Below, piece by piece: positions 30,483 through 38,611 of a DNA stretch of 61,426 nt. The notes beneath the pieces are model-generated. The model saw only the letters and a program-made list of their open reading frames with translations, made no database searches and was not told the origin of the DNA. The position numbers and the translations under genes were made by a program. The first letter of the stretch is position 1, and each line of letters begins with the position of its first letter. The stretch is from Clostridia bacterium (GTDB lineage Bacteria; Bacillota; Clostridia; Oscillospirales; CAG-272), in contig JAFSSR010000076.1 of the NCBI GenBank assembly GCA_017450885.1, positions 1-61,426 on the forward strand, read 5' to 3'.

Positions 30483-31664
30483 ATGAAAAAACTGTTTATA
30501 ATACTACTCGCCGCGGCGATGGTGATCGCTTTCGCATCCTGCGGCGGGGCGGACAAAGACCCCGATACAACAGCCGACACCGCGTCCGACACTTCCGCCG
30601 ATACCGGTACGGGCAGCGATACGGCGTCCGACACCCAGCCCGCTGTTGCCGATAACACCTCCTACAGCGAGGGACTTGACGACAACGGCTTCCTTGACGG
30701 TATCCGCGCGCTCGACTACGTCACCCTCCCGGATTACGATCCCATGTCCATACCGGAGAGCGTACGGACGGTCTCGGAGGAGAACGTACAGGGACAGCTC
30801 GACGCCATCTGCGAGAACTATATCGAGAGCGTCAAGGTCACCGACCGCGCCGTGAAGGATAAGGACACCGTCAATATCGACTACGTCGGAAGCGTGGACG
30901 GAGTCGAGTTCGAGCGCGGAAGCACCAATGGCGCCGGCACCGAGGTCACGATAGGCGAAACCGATTATATAGACGACTTCCTTGAGCAGATAATCGGGCA
31001 TATGCCGGGCGACAATTTCGATATCAACGTCACCTTCCCGGATCCTTATACCAACAATCCCGACCTCGCCGGCAAGGACGCGGTCTTCAACTGCACCGTC
31101 AACCATATAGTCGAAAAGGTCACCCCCGAGATGACCGACGAGCTGGTCGCCGCTCACTCCGACGATCTTAACGGCTTTACCACCGTCGCCGAGCTCCGCG
31201 CCGATATCGAGGACTACTACCGCACCAACGCGCTCGGCGAGTATATCCAGACCTATCTTATCGAGAATTCCGAGTTTTCCGAGGTCCCCGACGCCGCCTA
31301 TCAGTATCAGGTCAACAGTATGCTGACCTACTACCGCAGCATGGCGACCGCCTACGGCATGAAATTCGAGGACGCCGTCGGCACCACCGAGGAGGCGTTT
31401 ATCGAGCAGCAGAAGGAGAACAATATGGATCAGGCGAAGCTGATGCTCGCCATCCAGGCTATCGCCGAGGACTGCGATAAGATCAAGGTCGACGACGAGG
31501 TGCTGAAGAAGTATTTCAAGGACAACGTCGGAACGGAGGATTACTCCACCTACGTCACCCAGTACGGCAAGGGATACGTTATGATGGTCGTCACCAACGA
31601 TACGGTCATCGACTTCCTCAAGGACAACGCGACCTTTACAGCCGACGCCACGGCGGATAAATAA
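30483..31664 (+). CDS. Lipoprotein with a trigger-factor-like FKBP PPIase domain and C-terminal chaperone domain
   Basis: Lipobox AFASCGG, then a T/D/S-rich linker. VNIDYVGSVDGVEFERGS...IGHMPGDNFDINVTFPDPY aligns by eye with the trigger factor PPIase domain, and a helical C-terminal region follows. Confidence 0.6.
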   Translation: MKKLFIILLAAAMVIAFASCGGADKDPDTTADTASDTSADTGTGSDTASDTQPAVADNTSYSEGLDDNGFLDGIRALDYVTLPDYDPMSIPESVRTVSEENVQGQLDAICENYIESVKVTDRAVKDKDTVNIDYVGSVDGVEFERGSTNGAGTEVTIGETDYIDDFLEQIIGHMPGDNFDINVTFPDPYTNNPDLAGKDAVFNCTVNHIVEKVTPEMTDELVAAHSDDLNGFTTVAELRADIEDYYRTNALGEYIQTYLIENSEFSEVPDAAYQYQVNSMLTYYRSMATAYGMKFEDAVGTTEEAFIEQQKENNMDQAKLMLAIQAIAEDCDKIKVDDEVLKKYFKDNVGTEDYSTYVTQYGKGYVMMVVTNDTVIDFLKDNATFTADATADK

Positions 31665-31716
31665 TCGCCCGTAACGGAGAGCCGCCGCAAAAACTACCGG
31701 TTTTTGCGGCGGCCTC

Positions 31717-31745
31717 TTGACTTGCGGGGAAAATAAAGATATACT
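31717..31745 (+). promoter_or_regulatory. Sigma-70-type promoter of metY-metA
   Basis: TTGACT (31717-31722), a 17-nt spacer, then TATACT (31740-31745). A GC hairpin at 31681-31713 ending the preceding gene lies just before it. Confidence 0.5.
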
Positions 31746-31805
31746 ATTATCTAACGTTTTTTTATTATTATCACAGTCTATATTTTTCTTTTCACAGAGG
31801 TGTAT

Positions 31806-33092
31806 ATGAGCAGCTACAAAAGAGACACGGTCTGCGTCCAGGGCGGTTACACCCCCGGAAACGGAGAACCGAGACAGATCCCGATAATCCAGAGCACGAC
31901 CTTCAAATACGCGACGGGCGAGGATATGGGCAAGCTTTTTGACCTCGAGGCGTCGGGCTATTTCTACTCCCGCCTCCAAAATCCGACCTGCGACTCCGTC
32001 GCCGCCAAGATATGTGAGCTGGAGGGCGGTTCCGCCGCTATGCTCGTTTCGTCCGGCCAGGCGGCTTCCTTCTACTCCGTATTCAATATAGCGTCCTGCG
32101 GCGATCACATAGTATCGTCCTCGTCGATCTACGGCGGGACCTACAACCTCTTCGCCGTGACGATGAAGCGTATGGGCATAGACTTCACCTTTGTCGCTCC
32201 CGATTGCACGCCTGACGAGCTCGACGCGGCGTTCCGTCCCAACACCAAGGCCGTGTTCGGCGAGACCATCGCAAATCCCGCCCTTACGGTGCTCGATATT
32301 GAAAAGTTCGCCGCCGCGGCGCACTCTCACGGCGTTCCGCTCATCGTGGACAACACCTTCGCCACGCCGGTCAACTGCCGTCCCTTCGAGTGGGGGGCAG
32401 ACATAGTTACCCATTCGACCACCAAATATATGGACGGCCACGGCGCCGCAGTCGGCGGATGCATAGTCGACTCCGGAAAGTTCGACTGGACAAAGTATCC
32501 CGACAAGTTCCCCGGCCTCTGTACCCCGGACGAGAGCTATCACGGCGTCACGTACACCGAGCGCTTCGGGCTCGGCGGCGCGTATATCACGAAGGCGACC
32601 GCGCAGCTCATGCGCGATTTCGGCTCGGTGCAGTCCCCGCAGAGCGCCTTCCTGCTCAACCTCGGACTGGAGAGCCTCCACGTCAGGATAAAACGCCACT
32701 GCGAGAACGGACTCGCCGTCGCCCGCGCGCTTAAAGCCGATCAGCGCGTAAAATACGTTACCTATCCCGGTCTGGAGGGCGACAAATACTACGAGCTGGC
32801 GAAAAAATACCTGCCCGACGGCGTCTGCGGAGTCGTCAGCTTCGGTCTCCGCGGCGGACGCGAAGCCGCCGAGAGGTTCATGCGCAGCCTCAAGCTGGCG
32901 GCTATCGAGACGCACGTCGCCGACGCGCGCACCTGCTGTCTGCATCCCGCAAGCACCACCCACCGCCAGATGACCGACGAGGAGCTGGACGCCGCGGGCG
33001 TCCCCGCCGATCTCGTCCGTTTCTCCTGCGGCCTTGAAAGCGCGGACGACCTCATAGCAGACGTTATGCAGGCTCTCGACGCCGCGGAATAA
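31806..33092 (+). CDS. metY: O-acetylhomoserine aminocarboxypropyltransferase / sulfhydrylase (PLP-dependent, MetY-like)
   Basis: Cys/Met-metabolism PLP family: VQGGY...IPIIQSTTF, HSTTKYMDGHG (PLP lysine) and the C-terminus RFSCGLE. Start set at the ATG at 31806, 5 nt after agagg. Confidence 0.85.
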   Translation: MSSYKRDTVCVQGGYTPGNGEPRQIPIIQSTTFKYATGEDMGKLFDLEASGYFYSRLQNPTCDSVAAKICELEGGSAAMLVSSGQAASFYSVFNIASCGDHIVSSSSIYGGTYNLFAVTMKRMGIDFTFVAPDCTPDELDAAFRPNTKAVFGETIANPALTVLDIEKFAAAAHSHGVPLIVDNTFATPVNCRPFEWGADIVTHSTTKYMDGHGAAVGGCIVDSGKFDWTKYPDKFPGLCTPDESYHGVTYTERFGLGGAYITKATAQLMRDFGSVQSPQSAFLLNLGLESLHVRIKRHCENGLAVARALKADQRVKYVTYPGLEGDKYYELAKKYLPDGVCGVVSFGLRGGREAAERFMRSLKLAAIETHVADARTCCLHPASTTHRQMTDEELDAAGVPADLVRFSCGLESADDLIADVMQALDAAE

Positions 33093-33113
33093 TATACGAA
33101 GGAAATCAGATAA

Positions 33114-34031
33114 ATGCCGATCAAGATACCCAACGATCTCCCGGCGGTAAAGACTCTCGCCGACGAAAACATCTTTGTAATGACCGAAACGCGGGCGATA
33201 ACGCAGGATATCCGCCCGCTGAAGATACTGATGCTCAACCTGATGCCGAAAAAGATCGAGACCGAGACCCAGATATCGAGACTGCTGGGCAACTCGCCCC
33301 TGCAGGTCGACCTCGAGCTGATACACACGAGCAGCCATCAGTCGAAGAACACGCCCGCCGAGCATCTTTTCGATTTTTACCGCACCTTCGACGACGTGAA
33401 AGGGAACAGCTACGACGGGATGATAATCACCGGCGCGCCGGTGGAGCATCTCGAATTTGAAGAGGTGGAGTACTGGGGAGAGCTTTGCGGGATCATGGAG
33501 TGGAGCAAGACGCACGTCCACTCCACCTTCCATATCTGCTGGGGAGCGCAGGCGGGACTTTATTACCATTACGGGATAAAAAAGCGCCCGCTCGAAAAAA
33601 AGCTGTTCGGCGTTTTCCCGCACACGGCTGACTACAAGAGGTCGATCCTCCTGCGCGGCTTCGACGACGTTTTTATGGTTCCTCATTCCCGGCATACCAC
33701 GGTCGACCGCGCGGATATAGAACGCCGCCCGGAGCTGCGGATAGTCGCTTCCTCAGAGCAGGCGGGGGTGTACGCGATCACCACCGAGCTGGGACGGCAG
33801 ATATTTATCACCGGACATTCGGAGTACGACGCCGGCACGCTCGCCGCCGAGTATTTCCGGGATCTTGGCGAGGGCAAGCCGATAGAGATACCCGTCAACT
33901 ATTTCCCGGACGACGATCCCTCAAAGGCGCCTGCCGTCACGTGGCGCTCCCACGCCAACCTGCTCTATTCCAACTGGCTTAACTATTTCGTCTACCAGAC
34001 GACCCCTTACGACATAACAAAGATAAAGTGA
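33114..34031 (+). CDS. metA: Homoserine O-acyltransferase MetA (acetyl/succinyl specificity not determined)
   Basis: [11 protein letters not shown]...ENIFVM...[13 protein letters not shown]...FHICWGAQA is the canonical MetA layout. Confidence 0.9.
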   Translation: MPIKIPNDLPAVKTLADENIFVMTETRAITQDIRPLKILMLNLMPKKIETETQISRLLGNSPLQVDLELIHTSSHQSKNTPAEHLFDFYRTFDDVKGNSYDGMIITGAPVEHLEFEEVEYWGELCGIMEWSKTHVHSTFHICWGAQAGLYYHYGIKKRPLEKKLFGVFPHTADYKRSILLRGFDDVFMVPHSRHTTVDRADIERRPELRIVASSEQAGVYAITTELGRQIFITGHSEYDAGTLAAEYFRDLGEGKPIEIPVNYFPDDDPSKAPAVTWRSHANLLYSNWLNYFVYQTTPYDITKIK

Positions 34032-34081
34032 TACCGAATAAAAAAACGACCCCGAAAGGTGTCGTTTTTTTATTCGGTATC
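34030..34081. terminator. Bidirectional terminator: perfect palindrome with 21-nt arms that contain both convergent stop codons
   Basis: gataccgaataaaaaaacgac (34030-34050) is the exact reverse complement of gtcgtttttttattcggtatc (34061-34081). Confidence 0.75.
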
Positions 34082-34379
34082 AGCCTTCGAACTCGGTCTC
34101 GTCGGCGGTGTCGTCCACCGGGATCTCGACCTCGGAGGGCTCGTAAGCGTCCGGCGCGCAGAGGTCGTCGACCGCTTCCAGCACGCGGCGGAATTTGCGG
34201 TCCTTCATGAGCGAGGATACGGTGAGAACGGCGCCGACCGTCCCTCCGATCAGTCCCGCGGCGAAAAAGGTCTTCCACAGGCTCTTTTTCTTGACCGCAA
34301 GTACGATGAATACTACGAAGAAGCTGATCGACTGGGCGAGCAGCGATACGCCGATAAAGAATTTGGTCCTTTTGAACAT
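34080..34379 (-). CDS. Small membrane protein, function unknown
   Basis: 99 aa with two predicted TM helices and an acidic C-terminal tail. No recognisable motif. Confidence 0.5.
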   Translation of the reverse strand: MFKRTKFFIGVSLLAQSISFFVVFIVLAVKKKSLWKTFFAAGLIGGTVGAVLTVSSLMKDRKFRRVLEAVDDLCAPDAYEPSEVEIPVDDTADETEFEG

Positions 34380-34399
34380 TTCATTTTCCTCCCGCGTGA

Positions 34400-35509
34400 T
34401 TATTTCTTTGCGTTCATCTTGAGATAAGCGTTTATAAATCCGTCAAGGTCGCCGTCCATAACGGCGGAGATGTTGCCGTCCTCGTAGCCGGTGCGGTTGT
34501 CCTTTACCAGCGTGTAGGGCATGAAAACGTAGGAACGGATCTGCGCGCCCCACTCGATGTTGGTCTTGACGCCCTGGATGTCCTCGATGCGGTCCAGCTT
34601 TTCGCGCTCCTTGATCTCAAGCAGCTTGCTTTTCAGCATACGGAGCGCCGTCTCCTTGTTCTGGAGCTGGCTGCGCTCGGTCTGGCATCCGACCACTATC
34701 CCTGTGGGGATGTGGACTATGCGGATCGCCGAGTCGGTCTTGTTGATGTGCTGTCCGCCCGCGCCGCTCGAACGGTGGGCGGTGATCTCTATATCCTCGT
34801 CGCGGATCTCTATCTTGCCGTCGTCCTCGAATTCGGGCATGACCTCGACCGAGGCGAAGGAGGTGTGGCGTCTGCCCGACGCGTCGAAAGGTGAGACGCG
34901 GACAAGGCGGTGGACTCCCGACTCGCTTTTGAGGTAGCCGTAGGCGTTCTCTCCGGAGATCATGATGGTCGCGCTCTTCAGTCCCGCCTCGTCGCCGTCC
35001 AGCCAGTCGATCAGCTTTACGTTGTAGCCGTGCTTTTCGCCCCAGCGTGTGTACATACGGTAGAGCATCTGCGCCCAGTCCTGCGCCTCGGTCCCGCCCG
35101 CGCCTGGATGGAATGAAAGGATGGCGTTGTTGCGGTCGTATTCGCCCGAGAGCAGGACCTCGATGCGCTGCTTTTCCTCCTCCGCTTCGATCGCGCGGAC
35201 CTCGGCCAGCACCTCGTCTATGACGCTCTCGTCGTTTTCCTCTATGCCCATCTCGCAGAGCACCTGCGTGTCGTCGAGCTTTGCTTTCAGGGCTTCGTAT
35301 CTGGATATCTTGCCTTTTACCGTTTTAACGCGCTGGAGCACCTTGCTGGAGTTTTCGGGATCGTTCCAGAAGTCGGGCTCCGCAGTCTTCTCATCGAGCT
35401 CGACCGACTCGCGGCGGAGCTCGTCTATGCGCAGAGCGGAGCCAAGCTCGGTCAGCGCGGCGTCGAGCTCGGAGAGCTTTCTTTTTGCTTCTTCAAGTTG
35501 GATTATCAC
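34400..35509 (-). CDS. prfB: Peptide chain release factor 2, encoded in one continuous frame
   Basis: SPF tripeptide (RVSPFDA), GGQ (SGAGGQHINKTDSA) and the N-terminal PDFWND. 369 aa with no interrupting stop. Confidence 0.95.
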   Translation of the reverse strand: MIIQLEEAKRKLSELDAALTELGSALRIDELRRESVELDEKTAEPDFWNDPENSSKVLQRVKTVKGKISRYEALKAKLDDTQVLCEMGIEENDESVIDEVLAEVRAIEAEEEKQRIEVLLSGEYDRNNAILSFHPGAGGTEAQDWAQMLYRMYTRWGEKHGYNVKLIDWLDGDEAGLKSATIMISGENAYGYLKSESGVHRLVRVSPFDASGRRHTSFASVEVMPEFEDDGKIEIRDEDIEITAHRSSGAGGQHINKTDSAIRIVHIPTGIVVGCQTERSQLQNKETALRMLKSKLLEIKEREKLDRIEDIQGVKTNIEWGAQIRSYVFMPYTLVKDNRTGYEDGNISAVMDGDLDGFINAYLKMNAKK

Positions 35510-35574
35510 GTCGTTACTTCCTTAAGAGATATTTCAATATATTATACTATTTTTTCAGCCCGATGTAAACACCC

Positions 35575-36312
35575 TTACAGCGTTTTTATCTGATTTGATC
35601 TGAAGATCTCGCAGTAAACGGAGGGATCGAACTCGCCGATCATATCGCACAGCGTCCGGCAGACGGGGAACTCGGTCTCAAAGTGACCCGCCTCGTATAC
35701 GTTTATCGGTCCCGCGGCGGCGTCCGTCATGGTGTTGTAGCTCATATTCCCGGTGAGGTAGGTGTCGGCTCCGGAGGCGACCGCCTCGGCGTATTCGTCC
35801 TTTCCGTCGCCGCCCAGGACCGCCACCCTGCGGACGCGCGGGGTACGCTCGACGTAGGTCAGCTTTTCGCATCCGAGCCGGGATTTCAACAGCCGGGCGA
35901 ACTCGTCGTGCGTCAGCTCCTGCGGGAATTCTCCGACGCGGAGCATACCGCGCGCCGTGACCTCCTTTATGCCGAGCAGCTCGCACAGTGTGTCGTTCAC
36001 GCCGCCCTCAACGACGTCCAGCCTGGTGTGGAAGGAAAAGGCGGCTGTCCCGCCCCGGATCAGCGCGATGATGCGCGGATCGGTGACGCCGCGAAGCGGA
36101 TGGAAAATGAGCGGATGGTGGGAAACGATGAGCCCGAAGTTGTTCGCCGCCGCGTAGTCGACCGCCTCCTTTGTGATGTCGAGGGTGACGAGCACGCGGG
36201 AGACCCGCCTGTCCTCGCCCATGACCATCACGCCGTCGTTGTCCCACTCCTCGCGCAGCTCCTCCGGCAGTCTGTAGCTGAGATATTCGTAAAGCGATCT
36301 TAATGTGGTCAT
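35575..36312 (-). CDS. Nif3-like dinuclear metal-centre protein (GTP cyclohydrolase I type 2 homologue)
   Basis: LIVSHHPLIF, a C-terminal GHFETE, and the usual trmK-nif3 pairing. Confidence 0.85.
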   Translation of the reverse strand: MTTLRSLYEYLSYRLPEELREEWDNDGVMVMGEDRRVSRVLVTLDITKEAVDYAAANNFGLIVSHHPLIFHPLRGVTDPRIIALIRGGTAAFSFHTRLDVVEGGVNDTLCELLGIKEVTARGMLRVGEFPQELTHDEFARLLKSRLGCEKLTYVERTPRVRRVAVLGGDGKDEYAEAVASGADTYLTGNMSYNTMTDAAAGPINVYEAGHFETEFPVCRTLCDMIGEFDPSVYCEIFRSNQIKTL

Positions 36313-36995
36313 ACTTCCTCCTTCAGCGCCTCGAGCGTTGAGATCAGTTTTTCCTCGCGTTCGCAGGGGATCCCGTTCAGCTTTTTGGCAAGCAGGATCT
36401 TCTTCTGCTCCGCGATATGCTTTTCGACGAATTCACGGAATAACTCGGGACGTTTTTCCAGTATCACCGGACCGAGCAGCAGCTCGACGTCGGAAAGGGA
36501 AGAGCGCCTGCCCGTGAACTCGGCGGCTATGACCTGATATATCCGCCCGTCTCGCACCAGCGCCTCGTCGACTATCGAAAAGCCGCGCGCCATCAGCGCG
36601 TCGCGCAGAGCGGGCGCCTTGGTCATGGGCTGGAGTATCAGCCGCACCCCCTTTTTCCGCGTGATCGGGGACGCGAAGATTATCTTCGCGATCAGCTCTC
36701 CGCCCATGCCGCAGATCACCACGTCGGTCGGATCGAAATTCTCCGCGCCGCATAGTCCGTCGGTACGCAGGACGGTTATCAGACCGGCGCAGCCGTTCAG
36801 TTTTATGTTTTCTTCCGCCCGCCTGCAGGGACCCTCGTTTATATCGCAGGCGAGCGCCTTTTCGGCTCTGCCCGACTTGCAGAGGAAGATGGGCAGATAC
36901 GCGTGGTCGCAGCCCACGTCGCAGACCCTCGCGCCCTGACGCACAAATCCGGCGGCGCAGAGCAGACGCGGATCGAGTATAGGTTTCTTTTTCAA
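36309..36995 (-). CDS. trmK: tRNA (adenine22-N1)-methyltransferase TrmK
   Basis: DVGCDHAYLPIFL and ICGMGGELI motifs. Overlaps nif3 by 4 nt. Confidence 0.8.
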   Translation of the reverse strand: MKKKPILDPRLLCAAGFVRQGARVCDVGCDHAYLPIFLCKSGRAEKALACDINEGPCRRAEENIKLNGCAGLITVLRTDGLCGAENFDPTDVVICGMGGELIAKIIFASPITRKKGVRLILQPMTKAPALRDALMARGFSIVDEALVRDGRIYQVIAAEFTGRRSSLSDVELLLGPVILEKRPELFREFVEKHIAEQKKILLAKKLNGIPCEREEKLISTLEALKEEV

Positions 36996-37016
36996 AACTG
37001 TCTCCCGTATAATTCC

Positions 37017-37043
37017 AAAAAAGCCGGACAGAAGGTCCGGCTT
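37017..37043 (-). terminator. Rho-independent terminator after the DUF1858-like gene
   Basis: aagccggac / gtccggctt stem with a T-run on the minus strand (37017-37020). Confidence 0.65.
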
Positions 37044-37055
37044 TCGGGTCTTATC

Positions 37056-37262
37056 TTATTTCTTGGAAGCGAGGAACTCGTTTATTTTCTTAACGAGCAC
37101 CTCGGGATCCTGACCGTGTACCATGCACGCCATCTCTATGCTCTCTCCTCTGGAAGCGGGGCAGCCGAGGCAGTGCATACCGATCTCGAAAAAGAACTGA
37201 GCGGTCTCGTTATCGTAATCAAGAACGTCGCCTACAATAGACTCCTTGGTGATCTCCATCAT
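37056..37262 (-). CDS. DUF1858 / hybrid-cluster-protein-associated redox-disulfide-like small protein
   Basis: ...FFFEIGMHCLGCPASRGESIEMAC... carries the CxxC motif typical of this family. Start moved to the ATG at 37262, 7 nt after the aggaag RBS; the track ORF begins at 37280. Confidence 0.6.
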   Translation of the reverse strand: MMEITKESIVGDVLDYDNETAQFFFEIGMHCLGCPASRGESIEMACMVHGQDPEVLVKKINEFLASKK

Positions 37263-37311
37263 TGTATCTTCCTTTCTCATATGATATTTCCGATACTCTA
37301 TTATATATTAA

Positions 37312-38361
37312 CTACTCGGCGTTGTCAAGTCCGCTCTTTTTAAAATCGGACGGGGTGAGGCCGGTCCGCTTTTTGAAGGTGCGGTTGAAGTGGTCGGTGT
37401 TCTGGAAGCCCGCGATCTCGGCGATCTGATAGATCTTCAGGTCGGAATTGAGCAGCATGGAGCGGCAGACGTCGAACTTGGTCTCGCGCAGTATCGAGGT
37501 GAAGGTCATCCCGGTCGAGGCGCGTATCAGCTTGCTGACGTATGGGACGGTGTAATGGAAATGCTTCGCCAGGCTTTCCAGCGTCACCGTGCGGTAGTTC
37601 TCGCTTATATAATTGAGTATCTTCGGTATCTGGTCGCTCCTTACCATGCGTATGGAGGAAAGCTCATACTGCGAGGGGGAATAGGAGGACAGATAGCCGA
37701 TAAGCGTCATAAGGATGAAATTCTTTATCAGCCCGCTGTTCGCCGACGGATAGCATCCCTCGCTTATCAGCATATCGGTGAGCGAGCGGATGTATTTGTT
37801 CCCCGGCTTGTTGAAGAGCATATAGGGACCCGTCACGTTCCCCCAGAGCGAATTGGAGATAAAGGAGGATATCGGGCTGCGGAACTCGACTATCTTGTTG
37901 AATTCACGCTTCAGCAGGGGGACCGGGAGCATGGCTCCGACTATGATCGAATCCTCCGGTATCTCGATAAGGTGGGGCACGCCGCGCGCGATCAGCATGA
38001 TCCCGCCGTTCGGCAGCCTCGCCCTACTGCCCTGGATATTCAGTTCGCAGGCGCCGGAAATGGAAAATACCATCTGATATGCGGAGCGTATCTGCAATTC
38101 CATACCGGTCGTGCGCTTGGTGTAGCGGTAGACGGTTATCTCGCCGTCCCCCTCCTGCTCGGCGGACGCGGAGCCCAGCTCCGAGAACCGCTTTTCATAC
38201 GGCGGCTCGGGCAAACGCTCGCAGTCCCGGCGTTCGTTTCCTGACTCGTCGGGCAGAGTTTTCTTGGTTTCCTGAACGGATGTTTCTTTTTCCATGGCGT
38301 TTTCCGTGTCTATCAAAAAAAGATGAGAAAAGCGATTTTTTGCGTTGGTTAATTTATACAT
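37312..38361 (-). CDS. AraC/XylS-family transcriptional regulator (cupin-like N-domain plus C-terminal double HTH)
   Basis: The C-terminus ...LESLAKHFHYTVPYVSKLIRASTGMTFTSILRETKFDVCRSMLLNSDLKIYQIAEIAGFQNTDHFNRTFKKRTGLTPSDFK is a classical AraC HTH pair. The start is uncertain (38361 or the ATG at 38295). Confidence 0.85.
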   Translation of the reverse strand: MYKLTNAKNRFSHLFLIDTENAMEKETSVQETKKTLPDESGNERRDCERLPEPPYEKRFSELGSASAEQEGDGEITVYRYTKRTTGMELQIRSAYQMVFSISGACELNIQGSRARLPNGGIMLIARGVPHLIEIPEDSIIVGAMLPVPLLKREFNKIVEFRSPISSFISNSLWGNVTGPYMLFNKPGNKYIRSLTDMLISEGCYPSANSGLIKNFILMTLIGYLSSYSPSQYELSSIRMVRSDQIPKILNYISENYRTVTLESLAKHFHYTVPYVSKLIRASTGMTFTSILRETKFDVCRSMLLNSDLKIYQIAEIAGFQNTDHFNRTFKKRTGLTPSDFKKSGLDNAE

Positions 38362-38422
38362 AAAAGCATAACGGCTTTTCCGTATATTTAGTATACATTG
38401 AGATTATGTCCAAAAAATGAAT

Positions 38423-38532
38423 AAAAAACGTCGGTTTTTTGAACAAAAAATGTCGGATTTTTGTACAAGGCGGAAGAGCGAAAAATATATGTGAGTTATA
38501 ACTATAAAACGCAAAAAAAGTCGGCGTTTGAG
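38423..38532 (+). promoter_or_regulatory. Three copies of AAAAAAnGTCGGnnTTTG in the AraC/SLH divergent region: an exact 22-bp tandem pair plus a third copy. Candidate AraC operator
   Basis: aaaaaacgtcggttttttgaac (38423-38444), aaaaaatgtcggatttttgtac (38445-38466) and aaaaaaagtcggcgtttgag (38513-38532). Confidence 0.5.
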
Positions 38533-38566
38533 ATTAAACGCGTACATTTTTTTTTACATTTATATA

Positions 38567-38575
38567 TGTTATAAT
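38567..38575 (+). promoter_or_regulatory. Extended -10 element (TGtTATAAT) upstream of the first SLH gene; no good -35
   Basis: tgttataat lies 36 nt upstream of the ATG at 38612. The T-run at the -35 position fits activator dependence. Confidence 0.4.
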
Positions 38576-38611
38576 CAAAATGCAAAAATCTTTTTAACGG
38601 AGGAATTCTTT

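Noticed and set aside
31665-31805. A SAM (S-box) riboswitch or T-box leader upstream of metY-metA.
   Set aside because: Only about 60 nt separate the putative promoter from the start codon. No S-box or T-box conserved helices or specifier/T-box sequence could be seen.
30504-33695. A 1063-aa minus-strand ORF spanning three plus-strand genes and two intergenic gaps.
   Set aside because: It runs antisense to three well-supported genes (TF-like lipoprotein, metY, metA). Its G/R/V/A/D-rich composition is typical of shadow ORFs in high-GC DNA. It has no RBS or recognisable motif.
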